Positions 41,531 through 51,873 are shown, numbered from the stretch's first letter. The stretch is DNA of 64,000 nt from a bacterium (GCA_965205865.1 CBDBHR010000030.1:1248001-1312000); one strand, 5' to 3'. Numbers and translations: made by a program. Notes: generated from the letters alone by a model not told the origin.

Positions 41531-42415
41531 ATGGGTTCTAATTTTCCAAGACGACAACACTACATTCCGCAGATGTTGCTCAAGAATTTCTGCGATGACT
41601 TCGGCAGGATTTGGGTATGTGATCAGAACACAGGAGAGATTTTTTCAGGTAAGCCGAAAAATGTGTTCGTAAAGAAAGATCTATACACAAATTACGAGGT
41701 TAAACCCGTGTTAAAGAGCGAAAAATACGAAGATTTCCTCAGAAGCATCAGTCCCAACTACCAATACGAAAACATTCTAAGTGAGATTGAAAGCAAGGCT
41801 GCACCTGTTATCCAATGGATCATTGAGCAAGCCCGGTGCAACAGGACTCCTCGACTTTCGCCGGAAGACCGCGACGCTGTGAAACGGTTCATCCTGGCTT
41901 TAGGGCGGCGGACTCCCGAATCTCAAAAACGAGTGTCGTCCGGTAAGAATATCGATGATATTTTCTACGAAGCGGCTAAGGGTATCGCCAGAAAGGACAA
42001 CTACAAGGGTCTGCCCGACAGAGAATTGATTTATCAAGACCCTCGTATTTCAACATTGAAGGATCTCACCGGATCAAATGTCAATGCAAGATTTGCTGCT
42101 GGCGATCATCCCCGCGAGCAAAGTAATGCAGTGCGATTCTGCCGTGAGACGGGTTTGATGGTTGCGGTAATTCGTATTCCGAAGAGAAGTTTTGTCATTG
42201 GAAGCCACGGCGTAACCATCGTTCAATTCCCAAATAAGGTTGCGCCGGAAAGCTGGATTCCTATCGCCTACGATGTTGCGGTGGTTCCCACATCCTTTCC
42301 TGACAGGGAATTCTTGCTTACACTCGGCCGTGATGAGGATAAACTCATCAAGAGAGTCAACATGGCCTCCGTCCAACTAGTCGGTACGTGGGAGGGTGTT
42401 CCGAAGATCTTCTGA
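41531..42415 (+). CDS. DUF4238 domain protein
   Basis: QHYIPQ.LLKNF, E..LS.IE..A, RTP. Confidence 0.82.
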   Translation: MGSNFPRRQHYIPQMLLKNFCDDFGRIWVCDQNTGEIFSGKPKNVFVKKDLYTNYEVKPVLKSEKYEDFLRSISPNYQYENILSEIESKAAPVIQWIIEQARCNRTPRLSPEDRDAVKRFILALGRRTPESQKRVSSGKNIDDIFYEAAKGIARKDNYKGLPDRELIYQDPRISTLKDLTGSNVNARFAAGDHPREQSNAVRFCRETGLMVAVIRIPKRSFVIGSHGVTIVQFPNKVAPESWIPIAYDVAVVPTSFPDREFLLTLGRDEDKLIKRVNMASVQLVGTWEGVPKIF

Positions 42416-42596
42416 AATCACTGAACAGAACTGATCCAGGGACCGCTTGATCGAAACGTTCATATGATCGCGCCTCCCTTATCGCCTTGACCTTAAATAT
42501 TCAGGTAGATGCAATATTCTCAAGTACAAGCTCTCAATTTGAAAGCCAGACCCTTTCTTTGGAGTATTTTGTACCGTGAGACAGATGGTACAGAAA

Positions 42597-44763
42597 TCAA
42601 CGTTCGGGTTCGGGTAACCTCGGGAACAACCACACGGCTCCAAACAGACAAAAGATTGCTCTTGCCATGCGGGTCCTTTCATCTTGCAAATCCTCGTGCA
42701 TGGCAACATTTCGTTGTTTTCGGATGAGGTGCATCATGCTGATGTCGTCTTCATCAGGAGCCTCATCAGAGTATTTGTAAATGTCGATCAAGTTAAAGAA
42801 GTTACTTTTGGCTTTGTCGGGTTGAAATACTTGTTTCAGATGCTTTTCGATAACTTTAACAATATTTCCGGGCAGATCATGGCTAACAGTCAACTTCCTA
42901 ACCGTATCGGCGAATATTGGATCATTCCCCAGGCATTCAAGCGCAACTTCTTTGATCACTTCGTAACGGTCGATCGTAACACTGGATTCAGTAGAATTAC
43001 TTGCTACCTGTTCCTTTAGAGCTATAATCGAATCTGGTGTTTGAGGAATTGAACAAAGGCGGCATATCTGGTTGACTAGAATTTTCGAATATCAATCAAC
43101 CAAATAAAAAGGATATGCCACTATGGGAAAGAACAGCATTTTAGAGTTCGATAATAAAGAGAGTGTTTCAGATGTTCTGAACGAGTTGTTACGAGACGGG
43201 GCACAGCAATTAATACGTCAGGCAGTAGAAACAGAATTGAGCGAGTATTTGTCTCAGCATCAACGCATAGCCGATGATGGAAGGCTTGCGTTGATACGCA
43301 ACGGCTACCTGCCAAAACGAGAAATCCTGACAGGTATAGGCCCAGTCAGTGTCCGTATCCCCAAGGTACGTTCAAAAGATGGGAAGGCACTGACTTTCCG
43401 TTCTGCCTTGGTTCCGCCCTATGTCAGAAAAACCAGATCCCTGGAAGCAGCATTACCATGGCTGTACCTGAAAGGTGTTTCTACCGGAGAGATGGAGGAA
43501 GCATTAAAAGTCCTGGTCGGTCATGATGCACTGGGCCTCTCAGCCAGCACTGTCTCACGCCTCAAGAGTGAATGGGCAAATGAATATCATCATTGGCGGG
43601 AGGCACCACTGGATGAAGACCGCTGGGCCTATGTCTGGGTAGATGGCATCTATTCAGGTCTTCGATCCGAGAAAGATAAACTTTGCGCATTGGTTATCAT
43701 TGGAGTCAACGAAAGAGGTCAGAAACGTTTTTTAGCCATCGAAGATGGTGTACGAGAGTCCACTCAGAGTTGGAGAGAAGTTCTGCTGAAACTCAAAAGC
43801 CGTGGCATGAATGTTCCTCAGTTAGCTATTGGTGATGGAGCCATGGGGTTTTGGGCTGCCATGGATGAAGTATATCCTCAGACACGTCATCAGCGCTGCT
43901 GGGTAACAAACAGCTAATATCCTTAACTCTCTGCCCAAAAGCTCACAGCCTAAAGCTAAAGAGGCGATACATGAAATCTGGCAGGCAGAGACTAAAATCA
44001 ATGCGGAGAAAGCCTTTGAACTCTTCATTGAAACCTATCAGGATAAATATCCAAAGGCCACCCTTTCTCTACAGCAAGATCGTGAAGAGTTACTGGCCTT
44101 TTATGATTTCCCTGCTAAACATTGGCAGAGTATACGAACCAGCAACCCGATTGAATCCACCTTTGGTACCATAAGGCACAGAACTAAAAGATCAAAGGGC
44201 TGTCTCAATCGTGAAGGAATGCTGCACATGATGTTTAAGCTGGGACAATGCGCAGAAAAGAATTGGAGAAAGTTACGTGGCTTTGATTACCTGGCAAAGG
44301 TGATTGAAGGTGTACAATTCTCTGATGGAATCGAGGTGATTCCTGAAATCCGGATTGCCGCTTGATTTTTAACTCAAACACCACTTTTGACAATAACTCG
44401 TTCCTTTAGGCCTAGGATTTCCCTTTTCTGTTTAGCAATTGTCTTTTCATACTCTTTGATGGTGTCATACAATGCGATATCTTTCTCATGGCCATTATCC
44501 TTTGGTTTCCTCGGCATAGGCCGAGAGAAGCTAGATGATGGCGAAAGATCATCCCAAAATTCTGATACCAAGGCATTGTATATACGCCGGGTACGTGGAT
44601 AAACCCATCGCTTGCGATCTGCAATCCAGCGATAGCCTTCGATACCCTTTGCTCTGTCTTTCTGCCAAGCTGGTATTTTCAGAGAATATTCATTTTGCGT
44701 CTCTGTGATGACGATTTCTTCCGGATTTGTCGTCGGTTGATCATTTGCAATTTCTTTTTTCAC
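42597..44763 (-). pseudogene. 258-aa HEPN-motif protein split by IS256
   Basis: Removing the IS and one 9-bp TSD joins ...ILGLKE to QVASNS...EVIKE in frame; RNVAMH (Rx4H) near the C-terminus. Confidence 0.8.
43019..44399 (+). mobile_element. IS256-family element, transposase 43123-44365 frameshifted
   Basis: Imperfect TIRs gagctataatcgaatctggtgtttgag / ctcaaacaccacttttgacaataactc; 9-bp TSD GTTCCTTTA (43010-43018, 44400-44408); RNGY, WVDG, GDG..G, QRC motifs; frameshift near 43905. Confidence 0.95.
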
Positions 44764-44881
44764 AACAATCCCTCTTCAAAAACGATTGCGAACAAAAAAG
44801 GGTTCCGAGCCCTCCACCCGATACCCTTACCCTCAAGTACTGTTTTCTTCAATACCAGTTTTTCGAGATATTAAATTTCTA

Positions 44882-46577
44882 CCTAAATCCTGCAATTAGA
44901 TGACAATCAAACATGGAAATGGTAATATACTCAAATAGTTAACACAAGAATCAACATTTTAAGAGATCACCATTTCCATGAAAAACAAACGTAGCGCAAG
45001 ATCGGCAAGAACGACAGCAAAAAACATCCATATCAGCCAGGGAGGCAGAGACCTGACCGCGCAAGCAGGCTTGATTCCGGTTGTCAAATTTTTTCACAAA
45101 GAAGGGATTGTTTCAAAGACAGAGCAGACCGTAGATCATCGGCGTGGCGCCACGGGTCTTTATGACGCAGTGGACATGGTCATTTTGTCGGTGGTCGGCA
45201 TTGTTGGCGGCGCCCGTTCGATTCGTTCGATTGTGACAGTTTGGAACGACCGTGTTTTGAGTCGTGTGGCCGGTTGGCTGAGGATTCCGGATGAAACCAC
45301 ATTCGGCCGGATACTGCGTACTTTCACACAGAAAAACATCAATGAGATGGAGAGCTTGAACCATCGGATTCGAGCCGGTATCTGGCGTAAGGCGCTTCGA
45401 AGTGGGACAAGCATCGTTGGGGTGTTACACTGTCTTGTGATTGACGTGGACTCCACTGTGAAAACGGCCTACGGCAAGCAGCAAGGAGTGTCTGTCGGAT
45501 ATAATCCACACAAACGCGGTGCAGCTTCGTATCATCCTCTGCTGGCATTTTGCGCAGAGACAAAGGAGATTCTTCAGGGTTGGCTTCGTGATGGGAGTGC
45601 CTATACCAGCAATGGAGTCGTTGAATTCATGCGGCAACTTCTTGCTCACCTTCCAAATCGGACTCGCATTCTGTTTCGTGGAGACAGTGGTTTTTTTGTG
45701 GGGGATTTGCTGGATTTCCTCGAAGAACGAGGCCATGGCTATCTGATCAAGGTCAAACTCAAGGGGCTTGTCTCGTTGTTGGAAACCCAAAAATGGCAAA
45801 AAGTGAAGGGGCAGCCCGCTTGGGAAGGGTGTGAGTTTTCCCACCAATGTAAAACTTGGAGGAGGTCAAGAAAATTCATGGCCGTACGCAGGGAGAAAGA
45901 GGAGGAACTCAAAGGGATGGCCACCCTCTTTGAGATGAAGGAGTACGATTATTTTTGTTATGTTCTCACCGATGCGCTCACTCCCTGGCAGGCTCACAAA
46001 GAGTATGGCCAGAGGGCGGTCGCTGAGACATGGATTGAGGAAGCAAAAAATCAAACTGCGCTGGCTCAGATTAAAACCGACGATTTTTGGGCCAACAGTG
46101 CCTTGTTCCAATGCGCGATACTCGCTTACAACACGCTGCGCTGGATGGCCCTTTGTAGTGGTAACGCAATACTGCGCCGTTGGGAACCGGCCACCATGCG
46201 CACCTATCTTGTCCGAATGGCAGGAAAATGGACGAGTGGCGCTCGTCAACAAAAACTGAGAGTTCCGGAAAGAACACTTTACAATGCTCAATGGGATGCA
46301 TGGGTCGCTGTTGGAGAGACCTGGATCCTTTGTTTCACTCCAGTGGAAACGTTTTGCTGAGATGTCGATCCCCAAATCGAGGGAGAAGTACGTCTTGAAT
46401 CTTGTGCCCGCGAAAGCGGGTATCAGATCATCACAAAATATGACGATCAAATGGAGGGCGGAAAAACCTTTATGAGCAAGGACTGATGGAAATTCAACTC
46501 TCAAATCCTTTTTTTTAAAAAAACCTCTCAAAGAGTGAGGGGAAACTCAATCAAAATATTCAATTGCAGGATTTAGG
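44882..46577 (+). mobile_element. IS1380-family element
   Basis: Perfect 16-bp TIR cctaaatcctgcaatt / aattgcaggatttagg; no TSD. Confidence 0.93.
44978..46360 (+). CDS. IS1380 family DDE transposase (apparently intact)
   Basis: IDVDST...YG.Q.G...GYN......YHPL, RGDSGF, Y..R...E..I.E.K. Confidence 0.93.
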   Translation: MKNKRSARSARTTAKNIHISQGGRDLTAQAGLIPVVKFFHKEGIVSKTEQTVDHRRGATGLYDAVDMVILSVVGIVGGARSIRSIVTVWNDRVLSRVAGWLRIPDETTFGRILRTFTQKNINEMESLNHRIRAGIWRKALRSGTSIVGVLHCLVIDVDSTVKTAYGKQQGVSVGYNPHKRGAASYHPLLAFCAETKEILQGWLRDGSAYTSNGVVEFMRQLLAHLPNRTRILFRGDSGFFVGDLLDFLEERGHGYLIKVKLKGLVSLLETQKWQKVKGQPAWEGCEFSHQCKTWRRSRKFMAVRREKEEELKGMATLFEMKEYDYFCYVLTDALTPWQAHKEYGQRAVAETWIEEAKNQTALAQIKTDDFWANSALFQCAILAYNTLRWMALCSGNAILRRWEPATMRTYLVRMAGKWTSGARQQKLRVPERTLYNAQWDAWVAVGETWILCFTPVETFC

Positions 46578-46585
46578 GAGGAAAT

Positions 46586-48352
46586 TTGAAAACTAGAAAA
46601 AACGGAATAATTCAATCAATATTGTTAACCTTCACCCTGATGGTGGCCGCATTCTGGGTCAGTTCGGCAGCAGTGACTGCCAAAGAGATGGTCAAAGATC
46701 CCTCCACCGGCAAAATGGTGGTCAAACCGGAGCACGGCGGGACCATTACCGCTGCGCTGATAACACTCGCGCTTGAGCACGGCGACAACTGGATCTGGAA
46801 CGGAGCGGGGCTTTTCATGGGATCGACGCTGGACAGGTTGGGCCTGGCGGACTGGACAATCGACCGCACTGTCAACTCCTTAGTGGTCTACTATCCCGAG
46901 AGCGCCCTGGTGGGCCACCTGGCGGAGAGCTGGGAGAACCCGGATCCTTTGACGTGGGTGTTCAAGATCCGCGACAACGTCTTCTTTCACGACAAGCCGC
47001 CGGTATCCGGTCGCCAGCTGACCGCCGACGACTTGGCCGCGAACTACGACCGACGGTACGGCATCGGCAGGTTTGCCGGTGAAGATCCCGCGTCGTGGGG
47101 AGCGACCCTCCCCTTCGAGTCGGTAACGGCCACCGACAAGCTGACCTTCGAGATCAAGCTGTCGCAGCCGCACGAGGGCACGCTCCAGGCGCTGTTGGAC
47201 GACTGCCAAGACAAGGTATATGCGCCCGAAACCTTCGACATGCTCGGCGACGCCAACAACGTGATCGGCACCGGGCCCTTCATGGTGGACGAGTTCGTCA
47301 GCAGCACCTCGATCACGTTTGACAGGAATCCCAACTACTGGAAGGACGACGAGAAGTTCCCGGGGAACCGCCTGCTCTACGCCGACAAGCTCGTGCTGCT
47401 GATGATGAGCGACGAGGCGACCAGGCTTGCGGCACTGCGGTCGGGCCAGATCGATATCAGCGGGGAGACGGGTGTCTCGCGGATCAAGACGATCGCCAAC
47501 GCGGTGCAGCTCCAGAAAGATGTCCCGGGCATGCAGCTCTTCCCGATCGGGTTCCGCTGCGAGACGTGCCTGGGCATCAAAACGGAAGAGCCGCCCCTCA
47601 GCGACATCAGGGTGCGCCACGCCCTGCAGATGGCGATCGACCTGGAGACCATTAGGGACAACTACTTTTACGGCTACGGAGAGTGGCAGCCGATGGGGCC
47701 GATCGGGACGGACGTGACCGGCTTCACCAACCCCTTCGATACCTGGCCCGAGGAGCTCCAGAAGTTCTGGTCCTACGACCCGGCGGGTGCCGAGCGACTG
47801 CTCGATGAGGCCGGATACCCACGCGGGGCGGGCGGCGTCCGCTTCCAGACCTCGATCATGACTAACAGCGAACGCGCCGACACCGGCTACATGGAGCTCG
47901 TCGGCGGCTATTGGAAGAAGATCGGCGTGGAGGTCAAGATCGAGACACTCGACACCCCCACGTTCCTCGGACGGGCGAATGCGTCAGATTTCGACGGATT
48001 AATCGACTTCTGGTCCGTCGGCGCCGACTACGAGAACCTCACTAGCAGTCTCGGCGGTTTTCGCGAGGTCGCCGTCGACACCGGCCACATCTTCGCCGAT
48101 CCGGTGTTCGAGGCCAGGTGGGAGGAGTTACAGGCTGCGACTGGCGACGAGTACCGACGGCTGGCGAAGGCGCTCGACATGTACGTGATCGAGCAGCACC
48201 GCTACCTCTGGGGTGTGAAGTTTGCAACGTTCAACGTTGCGCAGCCGTGGATCGTCGGCTACAACGGCGAGATGGGGCTCGGCAACTGCCAGTGGAACGG
48301 GCCCTACTCTCGCGTGTGGATCGATAGTCAGCTCAAGGAGGAGTTGAACTAG
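46586..48352 (+). CDS. family 5 ABC substrate-binding protein
   Basis: Signal peptide, PEHGGT, LAESWE, GTGPF, NPNYW; TTG start with GGAGG; high GC body. Confidence 0.92.
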   Translation: MKTRKNGIIQSILLTFTLMVAAFWVSSAAVTAKEMVKDPSTGKMVVKPEHGGTITAALITLALEHGDNWIWNGAGLFMGSTLDRLGLADWTIDRTVNSLVVYYPESALVGHLAESWENPDPLTWVFKIRDNVFFHDKPPVSGRQLTADDLAANYDRRYGIGRFAGEDPASWGATLPFESVTATDKLTFEIKLSQPHEGTLQALLDDCQDKVYAPETFDMLGDANNVIGTGPFMVDEFVSSTSITFDRNPNYWKDDEKFPGNRLLYADKLVLLMMSDEATRLAALRSGQIDISGETGVSRIKTIANAVQLQKDVPGMQLFPIGFRCETCLGIKTEEPPLSDIRVRHALQMAIDLETIRDNYFYGYGEWQPMGPIGTDVTGFTNPFDTWPEELQKFWSYDPAGAERLLDEAGYPRGAGGVRFQTSIMTNSERADTGYMELVGGYWKKIGVEVKIETLDTPTFLGRANASDFDGLIDFWSVGADYENLTSSLGGFREVAVDTGHIFADPVFEARWEELQAATGDEYRRLAKALDMYVIEQHRYLWGVKFATFNVAQPWIVGYNGEMGLGNCQWNGPYSRVWIDSQLKEELN

Positions 48353-48510
48353 TACCTTGTGAAACTAATATATTATTCTTTGTCATCCTCGCGAAAGCGG
48401 GGATCCAGGGGATAGAGCTTAAAACTCTGGATTCCTGCTTCCGCAGGAATGACATTGCTAAAATCACTATACTTTTCATAGACATCAAAACATTATTAAC
48501 AAAGCACTAG
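48349..48510. mobile_element. CTAG-bounded MITE carrying a REP doublet (48381-48454)
   Basis: Ends ctagtaccttgt / acaaagcactag; internal tgtcatcctcgcgaaagcggggatcca...tggattcctgcttccgcaggaatgaca; AT-rich within a GC-rich operon. Confidence 0.75.
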
Positions 48511-48514
48511 CTTT

Positions 48515-49474
48515 ATGCGTACCTACGTCATCCGGCGCCTGCTGCTGTTCATTCCGACCCTGTTCATCCTGAGCATGCTGGTGTTCTTTTCTGTGCGCCA
48601 GCTCCCCGGCGACATCGTCGACGTCCTGCTGACCGACCATCAGGTAGGCGCGACCGAGGACGACAAGGAGCGGCTGCGCGAGATGCTGGGGCTGGACGTC
48701 CCAGCGCACATAGCGTACGTGCGCTGGGTGTCGGGGATCCTGTTGCGCGGTACGCTCGGTCAGTCCCTGCTCCGGGGCCACAGACCCGTGGAGGATAAGA
48801 TCCTCGCCAGAGTGCCCGTCACCCTGGAGTTGGGGGCGACGGCGCTGATCATCGGCCTGGTGATCGCGCTGCCGGTCGGCATCTACTCGGCGGTGCGCCA
48901 GGACACTCTGGGCGATTATGTCGGGCGCAGCGTCGCCATCTTCGGGCTGGCCACTCCCAACTTCTGGCTGGCCCTCATAGTTCTCATCTTTCCCGGCATC
49001 TGGTGGGGCTGGACGCCGCGGCTCAGACTGCTTGACTTCAGCGAGGATCCGCTGGCCCACATCGGCATGTTCATCGTCCCCGGCCTGATTCTGGGGACGG
49101 CCACGGTGGCCGCCACGATGCGGATGACGCGCACGATGATGCTGGAGGTGCTGCGGCAGGACTATGTCCGGACAGCCTGGGCCAAGGGTTTGCGCGAGCG
49201 GGTGGTTATCGTCCGCCACGCCATCAAGAACGCGCTGATCCCGGTGGTCACCCTCATCGGGCTGCAGCTGCCGATCCTGGTGGGTGGCTCGGTCATCATC
49301 GAGACGCTGTTCAACCTGCCCGGACTGGGGTCGTTTCTCATCCAGGCGCTGTGGAACCGTGACTATCCGGTGGTTTCGGGCATCAACCTCTTCTTTGCCA
49401 CCTTCATCCTGGTCAACAACCTGCTGATCGACCTGCTCTACGCCTACCTCGACCCAAGGATTCGGTACCAATGA
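48515..49474 (+). CDS. ABC permease (DppB-like)
   Basis: Paralog of 5463-6470. Confidence 0.95.
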   Translation: MRTYVIRRLLLFIPTLFILSMLVFFSVRQLPGDIVDVLLTDHQVGATEDDKERLREMLGLDVPAHIAYVRWVSGILLRGTLGQSLLRGHRPVEDKILARVPVTLELGATALIIGLVIALPVGIYSAVRQDTLGDYVGRSVAIFGLATPNFWLALIVLIFPGIWWGWTPRLRLLDFSEDPLAHIGMFIVPGLILGTATVAATMRMTRTMMLEVLRQDYVRTAWAKGLRERVVIVRHAIKNALIPVVTLIGLQLPILVGGSVIIETLFNLPGLGSFLIQALWNRDYPVVSGINLFFATFILVNNLLIDLLYAYLDPRIRYQ

Positions 49475-50439
49475 CGGACCTCGCCAGAACGACAGATCTC
49501 GCCACCGAGCAGCGCAGCCGCAGCCTTTTTGCCGACTTCTTTCACCGGCTGGTCCGGGAAAAGCCGCTGGGCTTGCTCGGCGCTGTGATCATTACGCTGT
49601 TTGTGTTGGTGAGCGTTTTTGCCGACTATCTGGCGCCTGACCCCGAGCTGGAACAGGATGTGACCCGGCGGCTGCAGGGGTCTTCGATTGAGCATCCGCT
49701 GGGAACCGATCATATCGGACGCGACTTCTTGAGTCGCAACATCTTCGGCGCTCGCCAGTCGCTGCTCGTGGGCTTCGCTGCAACCGCAGTGGCGGTGCTG
49801 GTGGCCACCGCCATCGGCGCCCTCTCGGGGTTCATCGGGGGTAGGTTCGACATGGTGACGCAACGATTCGTCGATGCCTGGCTGGCTTTTCCGGGACTGC
49901 TGCTGCTCATGACGGTCATGTCGATCGTGGGGACCGGCGTGCTGCAGATCATCATCGTGCTGGGCCTGGTCTATGGGATCGGCAACTCGCGCGTGATCCG
50001 GGGCGCGGTGATCAGCATCAAGGAGAACGTCTACTTCGAGGCTGCGAAGGCCGTCGGCAATCCCGGTTGGCGTACGCTGCTGCGCCACGTGCTGCCGAAC
50101 GTGTTCGCGCCCATCATCGTCATCTTCAGCATCTCCATTGGCACGGTGATCATCACCGAGGCGTCCCTGAGCTTCCTGGGCTTTGGACTGCCATTGGACG
50201 TTCCCAGCTGGGGTGGCCTGTTGAGCCGCGAGGGGCGCCGGTACATGCAGGTGGCGCCATGGCTGGCGATGTGGCCGGGGATCTTCCTGACCATCGTGGT
50301 CTACTCCCTCAACATGTTCGGCGACGCGGTGAGGGACCTGCTCGATCCCCGGCTGCGCGGCGGAGAGGGCAGTTACGGCACCGCAAAGAGAAAACGCAAA
50401 CGAGGATTCCTGGCCAGATTGATCAACCCGTTCTCTTAG
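49471..50439 (+). CDS. ABC permease (DppC-like), intact
   Basis: HPLGTD..GRD, EAAKAVG, HVLPN, EASLSFLG.G, PSWG, GDAVRD.LDPR. Confidence 0.95.
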   Translation: MTDLARTTDLATEQRSRSLFADFFHRLVREKPLGLLGAVIITLFVLVSVFADYLAPDPELEQDVTRRLQGSSIEHPLGTDHIGRDFLSRNIFGARQSLLVGFAATAVAVLVATAIGALSGFIGGRFDMVTQRFVDAWLAFPGLLLLMTVMSIVGTGVLQIIIVLGLVYGIGNSRVIRGAVISIKENVYFEAAKAVGNPGWRTLLRHVLPNVFAPIIVIFSISIGTVIITEASLSFLGFGLPLDVPSWGGLLSREGRRYMQVAPWLAMWPGIFLTIVVYSLNMFGDAVRDLLDPRLRGGEGSYGTAKRKRKRGFLARLINPFS

Positions 50440-50733
50440 AAGGAAACTATTGGCCTCGTGCCGGGACTACAATAGAACTGATCACAAATAAGCGCATGAG
50501 TGGTTATTCAGTGCCTGGGAGGAAATGCACGATGCTGAAAACCAGGAAGGTCACAATGATCAGTGTAAAGAGCCCTTCTTTTCTTAAACGCTTCTTTTGC
50601 TCCTCAAAAGAGAAGGCTAAGAGCCGTTTTTAGCTTAATTTTTTGAATATATCTATGGAGAACAGTGCTATAGAAAAAATAATCCGGTCCGACCCGATCC
50701 CGCCCATCCGAATTTTAGCCGGGATCGATATCT

Positions 50734-51564
50734 TTACTCTTGAAGGAGAGCACGCAGCCGTTCGACTTCCACAAGCGCGTTTTCTTTTTCTTGTCTCTCT
50801 TTTTCTTTTTCTTGTCTCTCTTTTTCTTTTTCTTGTCTCTCTTTTTCTTTTTCTTGTCTCTCTTGTTGGAAGCTTTTCAAGAGGAACGGCTGGTAGAGGG
50901 GATCATCGATTAATTTTTCAAAGGCCACCTGTTTTTCTAAATCCTGAAGACGAAATGCGAATCGATCCAAAACCCTGGAATGAATCACGCCGGGCTCTTT
51001 GCTCTTCATCTTTTCATAAACCCCCTGCTCATTGAGAGCATAGAAGGCGGTATGCTTGCGCAAACGGTCTAATATATAATATTCCGCTACCCCCGCTTTG
51101 GCGTATTCTTCTTTTTTGTGAACCGTATCCCGTTCCACCTCCGAGGGAGTCGAGTCGGATAAAAACTCTATACAGAGGTCACACACCCCATGAAACGAAC
51201 GATCCAACAGTTTGGCCTCGACAGGATTGGAGTGAAGAATCACGGCCAGATCCGGTTTGCGAATACTCACCTTTTTCTTTCCCAGTTCCAAACGAAAGCC
51301 CATTTCCAATGCCATGATTCGCCCTTGAGGGAAGACGATTAAATATTCTTCTAATAAGCGTAAGAACCATTGATACAGAGAGATGCTTAAAAAATCTGGC
51401 ATGGGCTTTTCCTCCAAGAATCCATTGTTCCATTCATATTGACTATCCGGGTGTTCATAGTACGTCTTCCAATACCCTGCCTCACTCACCCTGAGGGGCT
51501 CCCTGGCAGATGGAGGAAACCGTGTTGGAGTGGTGTTGTTTTTGACGGATTCTAAAGAAGCCAT
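50734..51564 (-). CDS. Uma2/DUF820 family PD-(D/E)XK endonuclease with ERQEKEK tail
   Basis: YEW.NG.L, RKPDL, DL.IE.LS.S....D...K..EY...GV.EY.I.D; start at 51564 with GAGG RBS. Confidence 0.9.
   Translation of the reverse strand: MASLESVKNNTTPTRFPPSAREPLRVSEAGYWKTYYEHPDSQYEWNNGFLEEKPMPDFLSISLYQWFLRLLEEYLIVFPQGRIMALEMGFRLELGKKKVSIRKPDLAVILHSNPVEAKLLDRSFHGVCDLCIEFLSDSTPSEVERDTVHKKEEYAKAGVAEYYILDRLRKHTAFYALNEQGVYEKMKSKEPGVIHSRVLDRFAFRLQDLEKQVAFEKLIDDPLYQPFLLKSFQQERQEKEKERQEKEKERQEKEKERQEKENALVEVERLRALLQE
50781..50863. repeat. 21-bp coding tandem repeat x4
   Basis: tttctttttcttgtctctctt units encoding ERQEKEK. Confidence 0.95.
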
Positions 51565-51629
51565 GAGGTCCTCAATGGGAATGAGAAGTGAAATTTGTGG
51601 TCTTTTTAACAGAATAGCATAGTGTGAGG

Positions 51630-51873
51630 AGGACTGCAATTTCCATTTTTGTAATTCGGTAATCACTTGGGGAAAGGTTTTAGAATCGTGAATATTGCCA
51701 CGATAGACCCGGTGGAAGTGAGGGATGCCCCAAGCTTTTTCAACACAGACGGCCAGTCCCACTTGTTTTAAATGATGACGCGAGGCTTTGTTATGGCCAA
51801 TCTTGGCTAATTGAGAGTGCAGCGGTTCTTCAAAATAGGTGAAAAAATTGGTCGTATCATATAAGATGATATC
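51630..51873 (-). pseudogene. IS1634-family transposase internal fragment
   Basis: LYDTTNFFTYF......GHNK..RH.LKQVGL......GIP.....Y.GN.HD..TF. Confidence 0.8.

Noticed and set aside
43900-43920. Programmed frameshift in the IS256 transposase
   Set aside because: IS256 transposases are single ORFs, and the site looks like base loss in the expected CWVHK motif.
48485-49471. Long antisense ORFs over GC-rich transporter genes (also 3955-4740, 46880-47620, 21712-22407)
   Set aside because: Shadow frames of well-supported genes on the opposite strand.
50734-51762. 342-aa ORF as a real transposase-Uma2 fusion
   Set aside because: The upstream part is an IS1634 fragment that happens to be in frame; Uma2 has its own RBS and ATG at 51564.
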